A DNA stretch of 24,172 nt from Dehalococcoidales bacterium (GTDB lineage: Bacteria; Chloroflexota; Dehalococcoidia; Dehalococcoidales; ARS1013). Where the stretch lies: positions 1-24,172 of the forward strand of contig DAOVGW010000021.1 of the NCBI GenBank assembly GCA_030672225.1. Reading direction: 5' to 3'. The notes beneath the pieces are model-generated. The model saw nothing but the letters and a program-made list of their open reading frames with translations, did no database searches and was not told the DNA's origin. Of this stretch, positions 8,896 to 15,894 are shown piece by piece. Each line of letters begins with the position of its first letter. The stretch's first letter is position 1. The translations under genes and the position numbers were made by a program.

Positions 8896-9695
8896 TTTGC
8901 CTCCCAGCGACGGGCAATAGCTCTCAAGGTGACAAATATGACCAGGCATACCAAGACAAGCAAAACTGCTACCGGTAGAGCATAATCCAGACCGAATGTC
9001 TCAAACCTTTCGTAAACCAGAATCGGAGCTATCATGGGATTATAGGTCAGAATAAGGACGGCGCCGAATTCACTTATACCCCTGGCCCACATCATCACCG
9101 TACCGGATAGAATGCTCCCCCGAGCCAGTGGCAGGGTTACCCGGCGAAAGGACTGCCACGGAGAGGCGCCAAGGGAACGAGCCACCTTTTCCAGTCTGAC
9201 ATCCACCTTCTTAAAGCCCTCTTTGGCTGAATTTATCAAAAAAGGAACACTTACAAAAAGCATGGCGATAACAATACCGGCAACCTCACCAACGAAATCA
9301 ATGCCTACAGCGTGAAATACCTTGCCAAAAAAGAAGTGTTGGCCAAAGACGAAGAGAAGGGCTATACCCACGGCGCTGTGGGGCACCACTATCGGCAAAT
9401 CAATGAGCCCTTCAACGAGCCGCTTACCGGGAAATTCATGGCGCGCCAGAAGATAAGCCAGAGGAATGCCCAGCAAGAAGCCAATAACAGTAGCCAGAAG
9501 GGCGGTATAAAGGGTAAGCAAGATGGAGGCGACTACTTCCCCTTCTCTAAGCGTATCAAGTAAACTAGCCGGGCTGGATGAGAACATCATCTTAAACAAT
9601 GGTACAAAGATGAACAACACAATCAATGAGCCCAATAAAATAAACACAAGCTTCATGGGACTCATACCAAGATGCATACCAGCTAAAGACCTCAT
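8892..9695 (-). CDS. wtpB: Tungstate/molybdate ABC transporter permease (WtpB/ModB-type)
   Basis: LAYLLAR.EFPGK..VE.LIDLPIVVPHSAVG, LEKVARSLGASPWQSF.RVTLPL, WARGISEFGA. Start placed at ATG 9695 (RBS GAGGTG); ATG 9656 is also possible. The ORF-track extension to 9755 runs through the terminator. Confidence 0.9.
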   Translation of the reverse strand: MRSLAGMHLGMSPMKLVFILLGSLIVLFIFVPLFKMMFSSSPASLLDTLREGEVVASILLTLYTALLATVIGFLLGIPLAYLLARHEFPGKRLVEGLIDLPIVVPHSAVGIALLFVFGQHFFFGKVFHAVGIDFVGEVAGIVIAMLFVSVPFLINSAKEGFKKVDVRLEKVARSLGASPWQSFRRVTLPLARGSILSGTVMMWARGISEFGAVLILTYNPMIAPILVYERFETFGLDYALPVAVLLVLVCLVIFVTLRAIARRWEAK

Positions 9696-9726
9696 AGGAC
9701 ACCTCGCCATGTGATAAATGCCAGAT

Positions 9727-9755
9727 AAAATAAAAGTGCCTCCAAAAGGAGGCAC
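9727..9755 (-). terminator. Intrinsic terminator of the riboswitch expression platform
   Basis: Minus strand GTGCCTCC-TTTT-GGAGGCAC perfect 8-bp stem followed by TTTTATTTT. Confidence 0.9.
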
Positions 9756-9791
9756 ACTACTGTATAGAAGGTATAAATCACCTTCTATACA

Positions 9792-9890
9792 CCCTCCTTT
9801 CCAAACACGGGCGGCGCAGAGATTTCCCTCTACACCTTAACCGGTTACCGGCCATAGGCAAAAGCCCTTAGGCACCAGCAACTCGGAGGG
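9792..9890 (-). ncRNA. Moco/Wco (molybdenum/tungsten cofactor) riboswitch aptamer, apparently the P3-less variant
   Basis: Minus strand CCCTCC-GA-GTTGCTGG-TG-CC-TAAG-GGC-TTTT-GCC-TAT-GG-CCGGTAAC-CGGTTAA-GGTGTAGAGG-GAAA-TCTCTGCGCC-GCC-CGTGTTT-GGA-AA-GGAGGG matches the CUCCGAG...CCUAAG...UAUGG...GAAA...CCCGU...UGGAAAGGAG consensus. It lies upstream of wtp/moa genes. Confidence 0.88.
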
Positions 9891-9935
9891 CTATATCAAA
9901 AAGTTAAGGTATAATAGCCTATCTGGCTAAAGCCA

Positions 9936-9964
9936 ATGTTACCATGCCAGCCCAGCCGTGTCAA
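9936..9964 (-). promoter_or_regulatory. Sigma70 promoter for the riboswitch-wtp-moa operon
   Basis: Minus strand TTGACA-N17-TAACAT with a TGn extension; predicted start ~9929, about 40 nt before the aptamer. Confidence 0.75.
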
Positions 9965-9991
9965 TAGGACTAAAAAATGAAGCCGGGGCTG

Positions 9992-10020
9992 TTGGTAACT
10001 TCCATTTAATATGCTATAAT
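9992..10020 (+). promoter_or_regulatory. Sigma70 promoter for the DegV gene
   Basis: TTGGTA-N17-TATAAT with a TGn extension (TGCTATAAT); RBS AAGGAG before ATG 10052. Confidence 0.65.
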
Positions 10021-10051
10021 CATAAAACTTTAGCCCTGCAAGGAGTCAGCC

Positions 10052-10915
10052 ATGCCTAAAGTCGCCATCGTTACTGACAGTATCGCCTGCCTGACCAAGG
10101 AGCAGGTTAAAGAGTATGGAATCGGGGTTGTTCCCATAAAAATCATCTTTGAAGACAAGATTTACCACGATGGGGCGGACCTGACCGCATCTGAAGCCTA
10201 TCAGTTTCTAGAGAGAGCTCCGGAGAAATTTTCAACCTCGCCATCCTCCCCTGTTGATTACGCCAACGCTTTCCGCAAAGTTGATGGAGGGGCAGGGGGC
10301 ATACTTTGTATCACCCTCTCCTCCAAGATCAGCACAGCGTTCAACATGGCAACCGTGGCCAAAGAGCAGCTCAAGGATGAGCTGCCCCAAACGGCTATTG
10401 AGATAATGGATGCCCAGACTGTCACCGCAACCCAAGCCCTTATCGCCTTAGCCGCCGCCCGGGTAGCAGCTCAGGGTAAGGGGCTTGAGGAGGTTACCAA
10501 AACAGCACGACTAGTTAGAGAGCAGGTCTATGCGGCTATCGCCCTTGAGACTATCCGCCATGTCTACCGCACAGGACGAATACCCAAGATTGCCGCCCAG
10601 GTAGGCTCCAAGCTAGGGGTCAAGCCGATACTAACTATCCATGATGGTCTGGTGCATTTTGCCGGTATCACCAGAACTAAAGAGAACGGTGTCAAACGGA
10701 TTATTGAAATCATGAGACAAAGGGTGGGCACCGAACCTGTCCATGTGGCGGTAATGCACGCTGACACACTTTGGGAGGGTGAGAAACTAAAGGAGCTTGT
10801 CTCATCCGAGTTTAACTGTGTGGAATTATTTCTTACCGAATTCAGCCCTGTAATGGGCTATGCCACCGGCCGCGGCATACTGGGACTTGCTTTCTATTCA
10901 CTGCCTCATGAGTAA
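10052..10915 (+). CDS. DegV-family (FakB-like) fatty-acid-binding protein
   Basis: KVAIVTDS, GVVPI.I.F....YHDG.DL, STSPSSP, LSSKIS, GRI, LGVKPIL...DG; 287 aa. Confidence 0.92.
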   Translation: MPKVAIVTDSIACLTKEQVKEYGIGVVPIKIIFEDKIYHDGADLTASEAYQFLERAPEKFSTSPSSPVDYANAFRKVDGGAGGILCITLSSKISTAFNMATVAKEQLKDELPQTAIEIMDAQTVTATQALIALAAARVAAQGKGLEEVTKTARLVREQVYAAIALETIRHVYRTGRIPKIAAQVGSKLGVKPILTIHDGLVHFAGITRTKENGVKRIIEIMRQRVGTEPVHVAVMHADTLWEGEKLKELVSSEFNCVELFLTEFSPVMGYATGRGILGLAFYSLPHE

Positions 10916-10918
10916 TGT

Positions 10919-12091
10919 CTAGAGCAGTGTCGGCACATCCTTGCCTGCCTCTTCCGTCCGCTCAACCTTGCTCGCTTTCACCTTCTGTCTCTTGCTGATT
11001 TCCTTAACCAAGCTAGCCGACTTACTATAGTAGCTTCTCACTTTTTCAACATCACTGAGCTCTGACAGGACTAAGGTTATATCAAGCACACCCTTCCCCC
11101 TGGGGTAGTCCCCATTTCTGATAACAGCCTTTGGCACTATATTCTTGAGATGCTCGCCAAGTTCCTTAATGAGGCCAACATTCATCGCCCTGGCCGCCGC
11201 CGAAACTAGATACAGAGCCCGACAGGCGTCTTCGGGCTTACACCCGATCGATAGCTCGCTTATAGCCTCATCCATCGCCTGGAGACCCAGATGAGTCTGG
11301 GCACTCTTCTTCACGAAGTTATCCGTCCATCGAAAAAGTAGTGTCCTAAGTGGTAATGGTGATTTACCATAGCCAATGGCTGTCCAACCAGCCAGGGTGT
11401 TCATTATATCTCCGGCATCAAGCATTCTGGCACCGATGTGCTTCGCCTTTTTCTCCTCGCCAGCGCAGAGCAGATTATAGAAAGGTTCAACTATCAAGGA
11501 ATTGATTTTAGCTAGGTTGTTTTTCAGTGAGAAGTCCTTCCTGACATATCTTTGATTGTCAAAAAGGATGACCGCATCAGCCACTGAATAGATAGACTTG
11601 AGAAATACAGCTGTGTTATAGAGCGCCCTTTCCTCCGCCTCCTCTTCATGCTCAAAGGGAAGGGCAGCCAGGGCATAAACCGGTTTATCAAAGCGCTGCT
11701 TCAGCACCTTGGCCATGACCGGTGTTGCCCCCGAGCCGGTGCCACCAGCAGTCCCGGTCACCAGCAAGAAGGCATCCGCTTCAAAGAACCGTTTAGTGAT
11801 TCTCATGGCATCAATAACCTTATCAGCGTCTTCCTTGGCTATCTCGGCACCAGCCTCGCTTATCTTAGCCGCACCATGACCGTGAGTCCTGCCGGCACCG
11901 ATGAGTATTCTATGCTGGTATTCAGCCTTTATAGTGTATAGCTCGGCTAGGTCAGCCGAATCCGTATTGACAGCAAAGGCGTCAATAACTATCTCAATAC
12001 CACGGTGGCGGCGTGCTCTTTTATTCAGTCGGGCAAATTCATCAGCAATCCTACCACCACACTGCCCGAAACCAACGACTACTAGTTTCAT
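10919..12091 (-). CDS. CetZ-like tubulin/FtsZ-superfamily GTPase
   Basis: MKLVVVGFGQCGGRIAD, AVNT..ADL, RILIG..RTHGHGA, AGGTGSGA.PV, FDN, T7-like LDAGDIMNTL, short C-terminal tail ending VPTLL; strong RBS AAGGAGGTG. Confidence 0.85.
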   Translation of the reverse strand: MKLVVVGFGQCGGRIADEFARLNKRARRHRGIEIVIDAFAVNTDSADLAELYTIKAEYQHRILIGAGRTHGHGAAKISEAGAEIAKEDADKVIDAMRITKRFFEADAFLLVTGTAGGTGSGATPVMAKVLKQRFDKPVYALAALPFEHEEEAEERALYNTAVFLKSIYSVADAVILFDNQRYVRKDFSLKNNLAKINSLIVEPFYNLLCAGEEKKAKHIGARMLDAGDIMNTLAGWTAIGYGKSPLPLRTLLFRWTDNFVKKSAQTHLGLQAMDEAISELSIGCKPEDACRALYLVSAAARAMNVGLIKELGEHLKNIVPKAVIRNGDYPRGKGVLDITLVLSELSDVEKVRSYYSKSASLVKEISKRQKVKASKVERTEEAGKDVPTLL

Positions 12092-12119
12092 ATCTCACCT
12101 CCTTAGGTCCCGGATTTGA

Positions 12120-12148
12120 AGTCTAGTCCTAAATTACCTCTTTGTCAA
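12120..12148 (-). promoter_or_regulatory. Sigma70 promoter for the cetZ-like gene
   Basis: Minus strand TTGACA-N17-TAGACT. Confidence 0.7.
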
Positions 12149-12186
12149 TGCAGCCGCTAGCTGTAAAAGCTTTGCCTTAGAAGATG

Positions 12187-12216
12187 TTGACAGAGAGGTT
12201 ATAAAGGTGGTATCCT
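12187..12216 (+). promoter_or_regulatory. Sigma70 promoter for the nuo operon
   Basis: TTGACA-N18-TATCCT with a TGn extension. Confidence 0.7.
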
Positions 12217-12265
12217 AGTTTGCTTTTTATTTTTGAACTGGACCCTTTGGCATAGGAGTAAGCAG

Positions 12266-12637
12266 TTGCTAACAAACTATGGCTATATCGCCTTATTGCT
12301 GGTCGTTGCTGTCTTCTTTGCCTCCTCATTAGTTCTTGTTCCTGTTCTTCTCAGGCGGTTCAAGATTGTGCCCAAAAAGCCCAACCCGGTTAAGGCCTCC
12401 ACCTTTGAATGTGGTATGGAGACCATAGGTAGGTCATGGGTTCAATTTAACTTCCGCTATTACTTTTATGCCCTCATTCTCATTGCCCTTGATGTTATGG
12501 TTGTCTTTCTCTATCCCTGGGCAGTTGACCTCCGTCAGCTGGGGGTCTTTGGTTTTACCGCAGCACTTATCTTTATTGCCATTATTGTTGTCGGCTATAT
12601 CTATGCCTGGCGGAAGGGGGTCCTGGAATGGCAGTAA
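12266..12637 (+). CDS. nuoA: Complex I-like subunit NuoA
   Basis: [43 protein letters not shown]. Start set at TTG 12266 after RBS AGGAG (ORF track starts at 12233). Confidence 0.95.
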   Translation: MLTNYGYIALLLVVAVFFASSLVLVPVLLRRFKIVPKKPNPVKASTFECGMETIGRSWVQFNFRYYFYALILIALDVMVVFLYPWAVDLRQLGVFGFTAALIFIAIIVVGYIYAWRKGVLEWQ

Positions 12638-13224
12638 GCAAAAGATACAGTTACTCTGATACCGAACTTGATAGATATGAGGGTGGGGTAATAGAGGCAC
12701 TAAAAGCAAGGAGCGGGGAGGCTATCCCTGACCCTGATGAGTGGCTGGATGAAGACTTAAGCCAAAATATATTACTCACCACCGTAGATGCCGTCTTGAA
12801 CTGGGCACGGCGGTCTGCACTCTGGCCGGTGGTCTGTTTTCCAGCCTGCTGTGCCTTTGAATTTATTGCCATCGCCGCCTCTCGTTGGGATTTTGCCCGC
12901 TTTGGTATGGAAGTCGTGCGTGCCTCACCGCGCCAGGCTGACCTGATGATTACCGCCGGCACACTTACCTGGAAGATGGCGCCCCAGGTAAAGCGAATCT
13001 ATGACCAGATGGCAGAGCCGAAGTGGGTAATAGCTATGGGGGCATGCGGCATCAGCGGCGGACTCTTTAAAGGTTCTTACTCGGTTGTGCCCGGCTATAA
13101 CCGCATAGTCCCAGTTGACGTCTATGTACCCGGCTGTCCACCGCGCCCGGAAACCCTGCTTCATGGGATAATGATGCTGCATAAAAAGATAGCCAAAAGA
13201 AGCTTGATGCAGGAAGGCAAGTAA
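12628..13224 (+). CDS. nuoB: Complex I-like subunit NuoB (N2 cluster)
   Basis: WAR..ALWP, tandem-Cys [40 protein letters not shown]. Confidence 0.97.
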   Translation: MAVSKRYSYSDTELDRYEGGVIEALKARSGEAIPDPDEWLDEDLSQNILLTTVDAVLNWARRSALWPVVCFPACCAFEFIAIAASRWDFARFGMEVVRASPRQADLMITAGTLTWKMAPQVKRIYDQMAEPKWVIAMGACGISGGLFKGSYSVVPGYNRIVPVDVYVPGCPPRPETLLHGIMMLHKKIAKRSLMQEGK

Positions 13225-13227
13225 CCG

Positions 13228-13677
13228 ATGACAGTAGCCCTTTCTGGAAAAGAGATGGCTGGTAAATTAGAGGCGCAATTTCCGGCAAGTATTATCGAGT
13301 CCAGTCGCGCTAGTCTAATCGTCAAGAGTGAGTTTTTATTACGGATAGCCTGGTATTTTAAGGCCACGCCGGGATTTGACTTTGATTATCTTTCCAGTAT
13401 TACCGCCGTTGATTACGGCAACTACTTTGAGCTAGTCTACCACCTGGTGTCACTAGAGCATAACCACAGTCTGGTGCTAAAAACTCGGTGCTATGAGCGA
13501 GATGAGCCGGTAGTCCCATCATTAGTTAGCTTGTGGCAGGGTGCCGATTTTCAAGAGCGGGAGATTTACGACCTTATGGGAATTAGATTTGACGGTCACC
13601 CAAATATGAAGCGCATCTTTCTCTGGGACGGTTTCCAAGGGCATCCACTGCGTAAGGATTACTCTGATGGCACTTAA
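13228..13677 (+). CDS. nuoC: Complex I-like subunit NuoC
   Basis: FDYLSSITAVDY, VPSL..LWQGADFQERE.YDLMGI.FDGHPN.KRI, GHPLRKDY. Confidence 0.96.
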   Translation: MTVALSGKEMAGKLEAQFPASIIESSRASLIVKSEFLLRIAWYFKATPGFDFDYLSSITAVDYGNYFELVYHLVSLEHNHSLVLKTRCYERDEPVVPSLVSLWQGADFQEREIYDLMGIRFDGHPNMKRIFLWDGFQGHPLRKDYSDGT

Positions 13678-14770
13678 AACCGAGCACTTTGTTCTCAATC
13701 TAGGTCCGCTTCATCCCAGCACCCACGGAGTGTTTCGGCTGAGAGCCACCCTTGATGGTGAGGTCATTGTTGATATTGAGCCAGTCCTTGGCTACCTCCA
13801 CCGTGGCATTGAAAAACTGGCTGAGGGGTGTACCTACAAGCAGAATATCCCCTTTACCGATAGGCTAGACTACCTTGCCTCCATGAGCAATAATTTGCCT
13901 TATGTTATGGCAGTAGAGAAGCTAGCTGAAATAACCGTGCCCGAGCGAGCGGAGTACCTGCGGGTCATTATGGTGGAACTGCAGCGCATCGTCAGCCACC
14001 TAATAGCCGTGGGTACCTTTGTCCAGGATTTAGGCGCCATGGGGACTCCTTTACTGTACATGTTTCGGGAAAGGGAGAAGATTCTCGACCTGTTTGAGAT
14101 GGTCTGTGGCCAGCGGCTTACCTATAACTACATGCGTTTTGGCGGTGTTAGCCACGACATTCCTGATGAGTTCTTACCTGCCCTAGCTAAGTTCGTTGAC
14201 AGAATGCCCGGCTTTATTGATGAGTATGACCAGCTTCTGGCTGAGAATGAGATACTTTTGGCTCGGACTAAGGGAGTTGGCATTCTACCCAAGGATCTAG
14301 CCATAAATATCTCGGCCAGCGGTCCGGTGCTCCGTGCCAGCGGGGTTAAGTGGGATATTCGCAAGGCAGACCCCTACTCTGTATATGACCGCTTTGAGTT
14401 TGACATTCCGACCGGCAGTATCAGCGATGCCTATGACCGCTACCGCGTAAGAATTGAGGAAATGAGGCAGTGTGTGCGCATCCTAAGACAGGCCATGGAG
14501 CAATTGCCCAAGGGCAAAGTGCTAACTGAGGTGCCACTCAAGTTGCGGCCGCCAGCTGGTGAAGTCTACGCCCATATTGAAGCTCCCAAGGGCGAGCTCG
14601 GCTTTTATCTGGTGTCAGATAATTCAGATAAACCCTATCGCTTCCATATTAGGGCACCGGCCTTAATTAACCTGACGGCTCTTCGGCAGATGCTCATTGG
14701 CTGGAAACTGGCTGATGCTATAATCGTCTTTGGTAGCATTGATATCTGCCTAGGCGAGGTGGATAGATAG
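13667..14770 (+). CDS. nuoD: Complex I-like subunit NuoD
   Basis: NLGPLHPSTHGVFRL, GYLHRGIEKL, DRLDY, EAPKGELG, DICLGEVDR; no NiFe CxxC motifs. Confidence 0.97.
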   Translation: MALKTEHFVLNLGPLHPSTHGVFRLRATLDGEVIVDIEPVLGYLHRGIEKLAEGCTYKQNIPFTDRLDYLASMSNNLPYVMAVEKLAEITVPERAEYLRVIMVELQRIVSHLIAVGTFVQDLGAMGTPLLYMFREREKILDLFEMVCGQRLTYNYMRFGGVSHDIPDEFLPALAKFVDRMPGFIDEYDQLLAENEILLARTKGVGILPKDLAINISASGPVLRASGVKWDIRKADPYSVYDRFEFDIPTGSISDAYDRYRVRIEEMRQCVRILRQAMEQLPKGKVLTEVPLKLRPPAGEVYAHIEAPKGELGFYLVSDNSDKPYRFHIRAPALINLTALRQMLIGWKLADAIIVFGSIDICLGEVDR

Positions 14771-15894
14771 TGGCTATACTCAGTGCCAGCCCTAATTCAT
14801 TTAGCCAACTAGCGGTGCTTTCCTCCGACTGGCCGGGAGGCTTCTGGCTTCACTGGGTGTTCTTTACTGTCATTATACTGGCTTTTGTCTTAAATACCGC
14901 CCTTATATTTATCTGGCTTGAGCGACGAGCTCTCGGTCGTCTCCAGGTTCGCCTTGGCCCCAACCGCGTTGGACCCTTCGGTCTTCTCCAGCCAATAGCC
15001 GATGTCCTCAAGCTACTAACCAAAGAAGACATGATCCCAGCTAAAGGGGATAAACTGGTTTTTTGGCTGGCACCGCTGGTTGCCTTTGTTCCGGTGCTGA
15101 TGATTTTTGCCGTGATTCCATTTCAGAGTGGGGCGCTGCTGGCTGACCTCAATATTGGCATCCTCTATGTGGTGGCCATCAGCTCAGTGGCAGCAGTGGG
15201 GGTATTTATGGCCGGCTGGGCTTCCAATAATAAGTACTCCCTTATCGGGGCAATGCGAGATGTAGCCATGCTAATCAGCTATGAAATTCCAATAGTGCTC
15301 TCTATTGTTGGTGTCGTCTTAATTACCGGTTCTCTGTCACTGACTGAAATTGTCGGGGCACAACAGAATATCCCCTTTATTTTACTTCAGCCACTGGGGT
15401 TCCTCATCTTCTTCCTCGGCTCTCTGGCTGAGAGTAATCGTACTCCATTTGACCTGGTGGAAGCTGATTCAGAGCTTGTAGCCGGTTATCATATTGAATA
15501 CTCCGGGATGAAGTTCGCCACACTTTTCCTCGCCGAATATGCCGAGGTCATAGCTATGTCAGCGCTAATGACCACTCTTTTCCTAGGCGGCTGGCAGGGG
15601 CCTCTACTGCCGCCTATCATCTGGTTTTTGACTAAGGTATTTGCCGTTTTCTTGCTCATCGTGTGGATACGGAGCACGATACCACGCCTGAGGATAGACC
15701 AGGTAATGGCCTTTGCCTGGAAGTTCCTGCTACCTCTGGCACTAATAAATTTGCTTATCACCAGCCTGCAGATCGTATTCTGGCCCGAGGCTTCTCCCTG
15801 GCTAATAGTGTTTTTGAATTTGGTAGCAATGGCGGTTTTAGTACTTTCATGGTCAAGGTTTTTCAGGCTAGGAGGGGAAAGAATTGAGGTTTGA
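14770..15894 (+). CDS. nuoH: Complex I-like subunit NuoH
   Basis: ERR.LGRLQ.RLGPNRVGP.GLLQPIAD.LKL..KE, SNNKYSLIG..R, SYE, NRTPFDL.EA.SELV.GY..EYSG; GTG start overlapping the nuoD stop. Confidence 0.96.
   Translation: MAILSASPNSFSQLAVLSSDWPGGFWLHWVFFTVIILAFVLNTALIFIWLERRALGRLQVRLGPNRVGPFGLLQPIADVLKLLTKEDMIPAKGDKLVFWLAPLVAFVPVLMIFAVIPFQSGALLADLNIGILYVVAISSVAAVGVFMAGWASNNKYSLIGAMRDVAMLISYEIPIVLSIVGVVLITGSLSLTEIVGAQQNIPFILLQPLGFLIFFLGSLAESNRTPFDLVEADSELVAGYHIEYSGMKFATLFLAEYAEVIAMSALMTTLFLGGWQGPLLPPIIWFLTKVFAVFLLIVWIRSTIPRLRIDQVMAFAWKFLLPLALINLLITSLQIVFWPEASPWLIVFLNLVAMAVLVLSWSRFFRLGGERIEV

Noticed and set aside
8896-9755. N-terminal extensions of wtpC (to 8949) and wtpB (to 9755), and similar ones for moaC and the USP gene
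   Set aside because: They overlap the upstream gene or the terminator; downstream ATGs have better RBS or ATGA coupling and match family N-termini.
9837-9853. GCCGG-TAA-CCGGT hairpin as a P3 stem (Moco-type RNA)
   Set aside because: It uses the bases needed for the 3' arm of P2 (CCGGTAAC), which closes the conserved CCUAAG/UAUGG motif; the P3-less fold matches the family better. Probing should confirm.
10919-12091. Canonical ftsZ or plasmid/phage TubZ
   Set aside because: It lacks FtsZ-specific motifs and the C-terminal peptide, and has no dcw, tubR or centromere-repeat context.
13667-14770. The operon as a group 4 NiFe hydrogenase (Ech/Hyf/Mbh) or Mbx-like complex
   Set aside because: NuoD lacks the RxCxxC and DPCxxC Ni-binding motifs, ends in DICLGEVDR, and the operon has the standard nuo A/J/K/L/M/N set.
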